Assembly (NCBI GenBank): GCA_963737265.1
Contig: CAVTRY010000013.1
Location: 256,001-320,000, forward strand
Source: an uncultured delta proteobacterium
Lineage (GTDB): Bacteria; Myxococcota_A; Polyangia; Fen-1088
DNA: 64,000 nt
Direction of reading: 5' to 3'
In this document: in pieces, positions 32,449-41,324 of the stretch
Layout: each line of letters starts with the position of its first letter
How positions within the stretch are numbered: position 1 is the stretch's first letter
The notes under the pieces: model-generated
Database searches by the model: none
What the model was told of the DNA's origin: nothing
The model's input: only the letters and a program-made list of their open reading frames with translations
Made by a program: the position numbers and the translations under genes

Positions 32449-33676
32449 CTACGCCAGCGTGGCGTATTCGCCGAGCAGATCTTCCATGCGACCGAGCACG
32501 TCAGCCATGGCCTTTTCGTCGGGCAGAAGCGTGATGCGGAAGTGGTTGCGGTAGGGCACGTTGAAGCTCGACCCTGGCGCCACCAGCACGTGTTTGCGTT
32601 CGAGCAGATCGATGGCGAACTTTTCGTCGTCGAAGGCGGGCAGCTTGGTCAGGTCCACGCCGGGGAAGGCGTACAGCGCCCCGCGCGGAGGCACGAGGGT
32701 CAGGTACTTGCTGCGTTTCACGCCTTCAATCACCGTGGCTCGCGTCTGGAACAGTCGGCCTCCAGGCTTGGTCAAATCGTGGATGGACTGGTAGCCGCCG
32801 AGCGCGGTCTGCACGGCCCACTGGCCAACGACGTTCGAGCACAGGCGTAGCGATGCGATGGTGTCGAGGCCGAGCAGGTAGTCTTGCGCCTGCTGCTTCT
32901 CGCCCGAGAAAACCAGCCAACCGACGCGGAACCGCACACGATCGGTAGACCTTGGAAAGGCCGGAAAAGGTTCCGCACAGGGTGTGCTTGACCAGGGGCG
33001 CGACCGGCGTGTATTCGGCGCCTTCGTAGGTAATCTGGTCGTAGATCTCGTCGGTGAAGACCACCAGATCGTGCTTTTCGGCGATCGACACCATCTCTTG
33101 CAGAACCTCGCGCGGATAGACCGCGCCGGTTGGGTTGTTCGGCGAAATGATGACCAGGGCGCGCGTGCGCGGCGTGATCAGCTTGCGCAGAGCGCCTAAG
33201 TCGGGCAACCAATTGAGCTCGCGCGGGCAAGGGTAGTGCACCGCCCTGCCGTCGTTGAGGTGGGTGGCGGCGGTCCACAGCGGGTAGTCGGGACTTGGCA
33301 CCAGCACCTCGTCGCCTTCGTCGAGCAGCGCCCGCAACGAAAACAAGATCAGCTCGCTGACGCCGTTCCCCATGAAGACGTCGTCCACGGTCGTCTCCAT
33401 CACACCGCGGTTCTGCTGCTGCATGACCACCGCCTCGCGCGCCGGAAAGATTCCCTTCTGGTGGCAGTAGGCGTCCGATTCGCGCAGGTTCTCGATCATC
33501 GCCTGCCGCATCGTCTCGGGCGCGCGAAAACCGAACGCGCCGGGGTTGCCGATGTTGAGCTTGACGATCTCGTGACCAGCTTTTTCGAGCTCCGCGGCCC
33601 GGCGTGCCAGCGGTCCGCGAATCTCGTAGCGGACGTTGGCGAGTTGGGAGCTGGCCTTGATGCGATTCATGGTCAT
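32449..33676 (-). CDS. alaA: Class I/II PLP aminotransferase (AlaA type), +1 frameshift near 32935
   Basis: YEIRGP, KLNIGNP, GNGVSELI, PDYPLWT, PNNPTG, DEIYD, GLSKVYR|FRVGW, LRLCSN. Confidence 0.9.
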
Positions 33677-33894
33677 GGCGAGGCACCAAGATAGACCACC
33701 TGCTTGCGATGTAAAAGTCCGCGTGCAGGCGAATCGGCGGAGAGGTTACAAGCCCACGATATCATGGCCGATTCTGGAATATCGGCGATGCGGGTCCGGG
33801 CGCCGTTTGCGTCGGATGGTGCGATGGCTCACTGGCTGTCATGATATTGTTTCTTCACGTTTCCCTTCCATCCAAGCGAGGTTGTTAATCTATC

Positions 33895-35007
33895 GTGCAG
33901 ACCCATCGAAGATTCTTGGTAGCCACGTTCATGATCTTGCTCGGCCAGGCGTGCGCCGGGGCTAAAGTCGATTCCTCAACCACGTTGGGCGGCGATGGTG
34001 GGAGCGGTGGAAGCGGGGGACCGTCAGGCGGCGGCGGAACGGTGTCGATCAACCTGGACGCCGTATCTCTTCCCCCGCCGCACTACGGTCGCGAGGCATC
34101 GGTTGGGGACGCTAAGCCGTATCGTTGTGACGACGCGGGCAATTGCAACATATGTCTGGCGATTCTGTCGTTAGGGCAACCCGCGCACTATGGCGAGCAA
34201 AGCAGCGGCGGGGACAACACGGACGCGTTTCAGAACTTCATGAACACCAACACCAACGCCAAGATGGTGATGCTGAAGACCTACACGCCACTGACCGATT
34301 CGCTGCTGAACCAGTACGACGTCGTCATCTTGCAGGCGCTGGAAGACAACGAATACACTGGATTGTGGAGTTATTCGCAAAGCGACATCGCGGCTCTAAG
34401 CAAGTGGGTAAACAACGGCGGTGCCATCATTTCGATGTCTGGCTACGGCAATAATGTTTCAGAGGTTCAGCCGCTCAATCAGTTGCTGGGTCCGTTCGGA
34501 ATCACCTACAACACGGACAATATTTTCGATGCCAACGCATGTACCGACAACCTTTGCTATTGCTCCTATGGTTCGATTCCATTTACCAACTGGCAAGCGG
34601 GCGATGCCGACGCCGCCGCCATCACGACGAACCACGACAATTCCACCCTTGGCAAGGTGGGTATTTTCCTTGGGCGATCCATCAATTGCAGCGGGGATTG
34701 CAGCATCTTCGCGAAAGATCCCAAGCCCGCCGCCGGCGAAGGCAGCGTTGGTGTGGCGAAAGTCATCGGGAACGGACGGGTATTTGCCTGGGCCGACGAG
34801 TGGATCACCTACACCAGCCAATGGGGCCTGACGCCGGACCCGATGTATGACAATGCCACCACCTATCAACAGTGCGTTGGCCACACGCCGTATACGTCCT
34901 ATGCCGTGCCACAGTTCTGGTACAATGCTTTCAGATGGGCGGCGCCGAGCGCCGCCTGTTTCACGATCGATCAGCCAGCAAATCCCGTCCAACAGATCGT
35001 TTATTAG
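33895..35007 (+). CDS. Lipoprotein with GATase-like (DUF4350-like) domain ending WADEWITY
   Basis: Lipobox-like LGQAC, Gly-rich linker, LNQYDVVIL, WVNNGG, GRVFAWADEW. Confidence 0.75.
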   Translation: MQTHRRFLVATFMILLGQACAGAKVDSSTTLGGDGGSGGSGGPSGGGGTVSINLDAVSLPPPHYGREASVGDAKPYRCDDAGNCNICLAILSLGQPAHYGEQSSGGDNTDAFQNFMNTNTNAKMVMLKTYTPLTDSLLNQYDVVILQALEDNEYTGLWSYSQSDIAALSKWVNNGGAIISMSGYGNNVSEVQPLNQLLGPFGITYNTDNIFDANACTDNLCYCSYGSIPFTNWQAGDADAAAITTNHDNSTLGKVGIFLGRSINCSGDCSIFAKDPKPAAGEGSVGVAKVIGNGRVFAWADEWITYTSQWGLTPDPMYDNATTYQQCVGHTPYTSYAVPQFWYNAFRWAAPSAACFTIDQPANPVQQIVY

Positions 35008-35061
35008 GCATCTCGGGTTCGCGTATGGGGCGTAGGGCGGGGCGGTGTGCCCAGTGCGTAT

Positions 35062-35156
35062 CACCCTCACCCTGTGGCCCCTCTCCCGGAGCTCTCTCGA
35101 AGGGAGAGGGTGGTCTACCTGCGACCGCTTAACGCCTATGGGGGTCGGGGGTGAGG
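35062..35156. repeat. REP-like extragenic palindrome
   Basis: CCCTCACCC..CCCTCTCCC..GGGAGAGGG stem plus downstream GGGGGTGAGG. Confidence 0.6.
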
Positions 35157-35450
35157 AATACTTGCTCCTCCGTGGCACTGGCCATCGTCTCGCGGCCACG
35201 GCTCGCCTCCCATTTGCACCCCAGCCCTGAATGCCAATTTCTGGACACAGCTTGAGTGGCGAAACGTTCGAGCACCCCGTGGCGCGTCATTCCGAGCACG
35301 CGAATCTTGATCGCCTGCGCCTCGGCGAGCCGGGCCTTGATCACTTCACCAGAAGGTCGGGGAGTTGTTGCCGGTTCGACACACAAGATTGCGATACTAA
35401 CTGCCCGTGGAACATCCGCGACGTTCGGCAAGGATCAATCTGGTGCTGCC

Positions 35451-37826
35451 ATGAGCCGCCTGGCCCAAGCATTCTCCGAACCCGTTGTCCGGTCGGTGGA
35501 CAATTCGGCGCCGCCCTCCGCGGAGCGGTTGCGCGATGCCCTCGGCATGCGCGACGTAAGCGACCTCGACCGTCTGCCATTCGTGGGCGAGGACACCACC
35601 GCGGGCAGCGAAGCGGAACTGCAAGCGTCGGTCCAGGGCTGTCGGCAAACCGTGGACTTGCCTCGGGTCGTGGCGCAATCGGATTTCTTCGCCAACATCG
35701 TGCGCCGTGCGGCCGTCGGTGACACCGCGGCGCGCGCGGTGCATGCGCTCGAACGCTTTCTCGACGAGAACCGCGACGGCGTTTGGGACAACAGTTGGGT
35801 GCGTTTTCCCCGGCAACTGCTCGGACGGGCGGCGGCCGACACGCTGATGAACGATCTCTACGCAGACAAGGCCAATCCGCCCAGTGGATTGCGTAGCGAT
35901 CTCACTAGTTTCCTAGCCGAGGAACGCGGCATTGAATACGTTCGCGTCCCCATCAGCTACCTGCTCAAACTGGCCCTGGCCGACGCGGTCGCGGCCTTGC
36001 GCGAGGCGCCCGAGGCGGTTCGCAAGACCGGCCGTCGGCTGCTCGACAACTTCCTCAGCGACAACACCTCGCCCGAAACCTGCTCGTTCAACGTGGTTTC
36101 GCTGTCGCCTTCGGCGGGCGGCGGTCGGGTGCTCGCGCGCGAGGCGGGTCGACGCTTTCTTCTTACGCAATTGCTACTTGCCTACGCCAACCGACGCTAC
36201 GAGCTCGAAGCCACGGGACAGAAGGCGGCTGCCTGCCACGCGCCGACTCCGCCCGTACGGCAACGCGAGCTCAACGAGCTCATCTCCGACTCCTTTTACC
36301 GCGAGGTCTTCATGAATCCCTGCCTGTCGGGCTGGGATCGCGGCGAGGAGAAACGCGCCTACATGGGCCTGTGCCACGAGGTACTCTCGCGCAGCCAACT
36401 CAACGGCGTAAAGAAGCTGCGCGACGCGGGCATCATCTACAACAACCTCGTCGTCATGCCGAACACCTCGAACACCAGTCTTGCCAACAACGGTGTTCAC
36501 GTGAGTCTAGGCAGCAGGCGCCTGACCGCTCTGGTCGCGGCAAACAACGACCGCTTCGGTCCGCGCGACGAAAAGCATTTCGGGGATCTCGCCATCAAGA
36601 TCATGGAGCACTTCCTGCCGCTGTTCGTCGGCACCTACAGCGCGGCTCCGTATCGACTGGGCTTTCGCGATCTCCACCCGGAGACCGCGCTCGGCTTTCT
36701 GCCGCACGAACTGGATTTTACCCATCTGCGCATGCTGTGGCGTCGCTGGAAAGGCAAGGCCTCGATGCATGCCTTCGGTATGACCTTGACCCCGTGTGGA
36801 CCGGCGTGGATCGATCGCGCTCTCAGCACGGTGTTCGGCCTGCGCGGGGATTGGGTGCCGGATTTTCGCCTCATCGACTATTTGGTCTTCCTGATGAGCA
36901 CCCACACCAGTCCGTCGCTAAGTGGCGCCCTCGGCAACTCCGACCGCCTTAAACGAGATCTTGCCAGCATGGGCGTCTTCGACGCGCGCATGTCGCTCTA
37001 CCTGCTCGTCAAGCTGCGCGAGCAAGCCGTGATGGGATTTTCTGGCTTCGAAGGCCGCCAATACAGCCTGTTCGAGCGCTTCGCCGGCGACATGGCGCCT
37101 GCGGTCGGCCTGCAAAACCTTCTGTGTGCCCTGTCCTACCGGCTGATGGCGTCGGGCGCGGCGACACACGCCGATATTCCGGACGGCCCCACCATTGAAA
37201 GCGAACGGCGCCAAGTGGTATTCGATTGCGCCATTGGACTGCCGACCTTCTTCGTCAACCAAGAGACGCCCAACCGATTCTTGAAAGCGATCCTCGAGCG
37301 CACCCAAGGCATTCGATCCAGTCGGCGTTACCCGGGCTACTGGCGCGTGGCGACCGACGAGTATCGTCGCGGCCTCGTGCGCTACATCCGCGAGGAAGCC
37401 GCCGACCTGGTCGAGGCGCTTGGCGTGGAGGAAACCCTGGGCGATCTCTTGCGCCGGATCGACGAACCGGAAGCACGCGCCGCCTATCGCCTGACGAGCG
37501 GTATCTTGGACCTGACCGGCGGGCGCGATCCAATGAAGGTCGAGGCGCGCACGTTCAACCTCGCCGCTGAAGCCTACTATCGCGGGCCACTCCGCAAGGC
37601 GCAGCTTGCCGAGTCCCTGGACCTTCTGCGCGAGGAATTCACCGAGCCCATGCTCCGGTTGTGGGCTGCGCAAGGCGCTGGACTGCAATCGGTGGCCGAT
37701 CCCGATGGCTACCTCGCCGCGGTCAAGAACGACGTGGTCGAGGACCGCATCAACACCGAGGTGGTCCTACAACTCATCGGGCTTATTCTGCTCGTGACCT
37801 TGAACGCGGAGCCCACGGATGGTTGA
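35451..37826 (+). CDS. Uncharacterised 791-aa protein with putative glutamate-cysteine-ligase (GCS/YbdK) fold motifs
   Basis: TAGSEAELQ, SDNTSPE, NNGVHVSLG and KLRE..FEGR in the GCS order; stop overlaps the psd start. Confidence 0.7.
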   Translation: MSRLAQAFSEPVVRSVDNSAPPSAERLRDALGMRDVSDLDRLPFVGEDTTAGSEAELQASVQGCRQTVDLPRVVAQSDFFANIVRRAAVGDTAARAVHALERFLDENRDGVWDNSWVRFPRQLLGRAAADTLMNDLYADKANPPSGLRSDLTSFLAEERGIEYVRVPISYLLKLALADAVAALREAPEAVRKTGRRLLDNFLSDNTSPETCSFNVVSLSPSAGGGRVLAREAGRRFLLTQLLLAYANRRYELEATGQKAAACHAPTPPVRQRELNELISDSFYREVFMNPCLSGWDRGEEKRAYMGLCHEVLSRSQLNGVKKLRDAGIIYNNLVVMPNTSNTSLANNGVHVSLGSRRLTALVAANNDRFGPRDEKHFGDLAIKIMEHFLPLFVGTYSAAPYRLGFRDLHPETALGFLPHELDFTHLRMLWRRWKGKASMHAFGMTLTPCGPAWIDRALSTVFGLRGDWVPDFRLIDYLVFLMSTHTSPSLSGALGNSDRLKRDLASMGVFDARMSLYLLVKLREQAVMGFSGFEGRQYSLFERFAGDMAPAVGLQNLLCALSYRLMASGAATHADIPDGPTIESERRQVVFDCAIGLPTFFVNQETPNRFLKAILERTQGIRSSRRYPGYWRVATDEYRRGLVRYIREEAADLVEALGVEETLGDLLRRIDEPEARAAYRLTSGILDLTGGRDPMKVEARTFNLAAEAYYRGPLRKAQLAESLDLLREEFTEPMLRLWAAQGAGLQSVADPDGYLAAVKNDVVEDRINTEVVLQLIGLILLVTLNAEPTDG

Positions 37827-38832
37827 GGCCGTCTGCCGCCATCAATACGTGGAACGGCAATCCGGGGACGTGCGCGACGAACAGCTCTTTTGGGATGGCG
37901 CGATTCGCTTTCTCTATTCGTCGGTGCGCGAACGGGCGCCGGCGCTCTTTGCGGCCTTGACCAGCCAGCGCATGTCGTCGGTGCTGCGCTTCTTGAACTA
38001 CGATCTGTTTGTCTGCCGGCGCTTCACGGGCGCCCGCCGCTTCATCGAGGCCTCCGGAATCGACCTCGGCGAGTGTTTGGACGAGCCGGAGTCGCTCGAC
38101 ACCCTGACCCGTATCTTCGAGCGCAGAATTCGCTACTGGGATTGCCGCCCCATGCTTGAGCGCGAATCCGTCGTCGTGTCGCCAGCGGACGCGCGCATGG
38201 TCTGTGGATCGCTGTCGAGCGAGTCGATGTTGAATATCAAAGGCAAATTCTTCGACCTCGAGGAATTGCTGGGTAACAGGGCCGATTACGCGCGCCGCTT
38301 CACCGAGGGCGATTGGGCGGTGTTCCGTTTGACGCCGGACAAGTACCACTACAACCATGCGCCGGTGGCCGGCGTGGTGATGGATTTCTTCGAAGTGTCG
38401 GGCGCCAACCACTCGTGCAACCCCAATGCCGTGGTGGAAGTCGTGACTCCGTTTTCGAAAAATCGCCGCGCCGTCACTCTCATCGACACGGACGTTCCGC
38501 ACGGCAGCGGCGTGGGCCTCGTCGCCATGATCGAAGTTGCGGCGTTGATGATTGGTGGCATCGTGCAGTGCTATTGCGACTCTCGCTACGAGAACCCACG
38601 AATCGTCGAGCGGGGCCTATTCGTCCGCCGAGGCGCGCCCAAGAGCCGCTATCGTCCAGGCGGCAGTACCGATGTACTGCTTTTCGAAGCTGGCCGGATC
38701 CGCTTTCGCGAGGATCTACTGCGCAACCAACAACGGACGGACGTGGCGAGCCGGTTCTCGACGGGATTTGGCCACCCGCTGGCCGAAACCGACGTGCGCG
38801 TGCGCTCCGCCATCGCCGAGCAAGCTCCGTGA
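37819..38832 (+). CDS. psd: Phosphatidylserine decarboxylase family protein
   Basis: FERRI, VSPADA, IKG..FDLEELL, RLTPDKYHYNHAPVAG, NRRAV, VAALMIGGI, GGST cleavage motif. Confidence 0.88.
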   Translation: MVEAVCRHQYVERQSGDVRDEQLFWDGAIRFLYSSVRERAPALFAALTSQRMSSVLRFLNYDLFVCRRFTGARRFIEASGIDLGECLDEPESLDTLTRIFERRIRYWDCRPMLERESVVVSPADARMVCGSLSSESMLNIKGKFFDLEELLGNRADYARRFTEGDWAVFRLTPDKYHYNHAPVAGVVMDFFEVSGANHSCNPNAVVEVVTPFSKNRRAVTLIDTDVPHGSGVGLVAMIEVAALMIGGIVQCYCDSRYENPRIVERGLFVRRGAPKSRYRPGGSTDVLLFEAGRIRFREDLLRNQQRTDVASRFSTGFGHPLAETDVRVRSAIAEQAP

Positions 38833-39860
38833 ACGCCAACGTCGCATTTTGGACCGTTCTGGCCGTGGCGGCGATGGCGATCCTTGTATGGGGCGTTCGC
38901 GTGCTGCCGCGCGAGCATATGCAGATCCTTGCGACCATGCCGCTGCGGCGGGCGCCCGACGGCCAGTGGGAAGGGGTGAATTTGACCTGGTATGGGGTGC
39001 TGCAAGCGTTCTCGACGGTGGTGAGCGTAGCGCTCGCGCTCGTTCTGGCGGTTTCCGCCGAAGTGCCAATCCTCTACATCGTCGCCCTGACAGGCTTGCT
39101 CTTGCTCATCTGTCTGCCCGCCGCCCGCGTGGTGGCACGTTTGGTGGAACGTAAGAAGGACACCTTCACGGTGGGCGGCGCCGTGTTCGTCGGGATCTTG
39201 CTGATGCCCTGGCTTGCCCAAATTTTGGACCGCATGGGCGGCGAGTCACATGCGCTCGCGAGCATGAGCGCGCTGGCCGTCTGCTATCCTTTAGGGGAAG
39301 GATTCGGCAGGTTGGCCTGTATCAGCTTCGGGTGTTGCTACGGTCGCCGGCTCAACCGCTGTGGACCTTGGTTGCGCCGGATCTTCGGCCGCGTACCCGC
39401 AATCGTCGTCGGGCCCACGCGCAAGGCTGCCTACGCGGGGCAATGCGACGGGGTTCCGCTCCTCCCCGTCCCAGCTCTTGGCGCCTTTGTTCTTTGTGCG
39501 GCGGGCCTGCTCGGCGTGGCCTTGTTTCTTTTCGGGAATTTTCGCGGGGCGGGCGTCTCTGCCCTGCTTGTCGCATTTCTTTGGCGCTTCGGCAGCGAGT
39601 TCCTGCGCGCCGACTATCGTGGCGGCGGCCGCGTGAGTGCCTACCAGTGGATGGCGCTGTTGTCTATCGGCTACGCGCTTGGGACGTTTTGTCTATTGCC
39701 CGCAACCGCTCGACGTCCATTGGTGTCGCGCGGCCTGGCGTTCCTTTGGACGCCGTCTGCACTGCTGCTACTGGCCGGGCTTGGCGTCGCCGTGTTCGTC
39801 TATCTCGGGGTCAGCCGGGTCACGGACGCCAGGGTTACGCTCAAGGTTCGCGCGGACTAA
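38829..39860 (+). CDS. Prolipoprotein diacylglyceryl transferase (Lgt)-like membrane protein
   Basis: TWYG, GEGFGRLACISFGCCYG, WRFGSEFLRADYRG; multiple TMs; GTGA overlap with psd. Confidence 0.8.
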   Translation: MNANVAFWTVLAVAAMAILVWGVRVLPREHMQILATMPLRRAPDGQWEGVNLTWYGVLQAFSTVVSVALALVLAVSAEVPILYIVALTGLLLLICLPAARVVARLVERKKDTFTVGGAVFVGILLMPWLAQILDRMGGESHALASMSALAVCYPLGEGFGRLACISFGCCYGRRLNRCGPWLRRIFGRVPAIVVGPTRKAAYAGQCDGVPLLPVPALGAFVLCAAGLLGVALFLFGNFRGAGVSALLVAFLWRFGSEFLRADYRGGGRVSAYQWMALLSIGYALGTFCLLPATARRPLVSRGLAFLWTPSALLLLAGLGVAVFVYLGVSRVTDARVTLKVRAD

Positions 39861-41324
39861 ATGAACGCGAACCTAATTGAGATCCAGCCGCTCGCTCCAG
39901 TTCGTTCTCCGAAAATCTTCTATCGACCGACACCAAGGCCACGAAGATCGGCGACAAGTTGCTGATCCAGTCGCTCAATCGAAGCGCGGGCGGCACTGGT
40001 CCATGCCTTGCCGTGACGTGAGAGCGCCTTCCAGGCCAAGGTTATCTCGCCGGGCAACTCGGACAGCAGCACGCGCAGAAGCGCGCCGGCCTGGGCGCGA
40101 TCCTTGGGCGCTTTGGGTATGCCGGAAGTCCCACGCCGCGTGGCTACGATCAACTTGTGAAGCGCAAACCGACCTGGCCGAGGAACATTGACCAGAACGC
40201 CTGCGCCCCCAAGAACCGCCGCCGGCTGAGTATCTTCGATGAGGTAGTCGAGAAATCGCAGGGGCGTCGCGGCCACGCCAAGGACTGGGATCTCGATCGG
40301 TCGCCTGTTCTCCTTGCCAACCATTGGCGTCAAGATCTCGACTTCAATGTCGGCCCCTCGGACGCGGAATGAAGTCGCGGGATCCGCCGAGCTCAGAACC
40401 GAAAAGCGGGGCACGGGATCGCCAAGCGCCTTGCGAATGTCAGCGGGTGAGCCCTCGCTTGCCAGAGCAACCGCGATGCGATGGTCGTGCGCGATGTCCA
40501 CGTCGCCGGTGCGCACGATGGCCTCCTGCCAGCGCACGCCGAGCATGTTTCCCAATACGGCAAAGGCGTGGGAACCGACCAGCACACCTCCAACGCGGAA
40601 AACCGGCGACAATCGCTGCAGCACCTCGGCCTCGGCGGCCCCAATCACATAGGCCCCCCCAGCACGAGCCATGGCCACTAACTCGGCGCGTCTCGCTGCC
40701 TCGGTTCGCGACTGCCGCCACCTTTCGACCAGCGCCTCGACCTCTGGACTTTCCGGGCCGATGTAACTTTGCACCTTCTTCCCGCCCTCACGCCGTTGGG
40801 CATACCAGTAGCGACGGCCACGGATGGTCTTGGACACAAGCGATGCAGAGCCGGCTGGGCTGCCAACCTCCGCCGTCAGCAGCAGGTCGACTAGACGTGC
40901 GTATGCTGTCTGGGTCAGGAGTGGGAGCTTGCTGAATTCGGCCACGGCCATCTTATACGCCAAATGGTAGCATGGCGTATAATGGGTGGCCAGGTAGGTC
41001 CTTTCGCCGGCGACGCCTTCGCTCTGCAAGACGACATCGGCTTGTACAGCCGTCCGATCGGGCTCCTCAACGGGGTGCTGCAAGCGTTCTCGACGGTGGT
41101 GAGCGTAGCGCTCGCGCTCGTTCTGGCGGTTTCCGCCGAAGTGCCAATCCTCTACGTCGCCGTGTTCGTCGGGATCGTGCTGATGCCCTTGGATGGCGCT
41201 GCTGTCTATCGGCTACGCGCTTGGGACGCTTTGTCTATTGCCCGCAACCGCTCGACGTCCATTGGTTCGCGCGGACTAAATGAACGCGAACCTAATTGAG
41301 ATCCAGCCGCTCGCTCCAGTTCGT
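38994..41324. repeat. Direct duplication: 38994-39905 and an internally deleted copy at 41072-41324, flanking the nucleotidyltransferase gene
   Basis: Copy 2 is four near-identical pieces of copy 1 (from ~38994, ~39179, ~39648 and ~39845). Confidence 0.9.
39920..40951 (-). CDS. GSU2403-family nucleotidyltransferase-fold protein
   Basis: TAYARL, IRGRRYWY, YIGPES, GVLVGSHAF..GNMLG, RTGDVD, LRFLDYL, VPRPGRFALHKL, KDRAQ. Confidence 0.85.
   Translation of the reverse strand: MAVAEFSKLPLLTQTAYARLVDLLLTAEVGSPAGSASLVSKTIRGRRYWYAQRREGGKKVQSYIGPESPEVEALVERWRQSRTEAARRAELVAMARAGGAYVIGAAEAEVLQRLSPVFRVGGVLVGSHAFAVLGNMLGVRWQEAIVRTGDVDIAHDHRIAVALASEGSPADIRKALGDPVPRFSVLSSADPATSFRVRGADIEVEILTPMVGKENRRPIEIPVLGVAATPLRFLDYLIEDTQPAAVLGGAGVLVNVPRPGRFALHKLIVATRRGTSGIPKAPKDRAQAGALLRVLLSELPGEITLAWKALSRHGKAWTSAARASIERLDQQLVADLRGLGVGR

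Noticed and set aside
38994-41324. Duplicated segment as a diversity-generating retroelement TR/VR pair
   Set aside because: No reverse transcriptase in the window; differences are mainly deletions rather than adenine-specific substitutions
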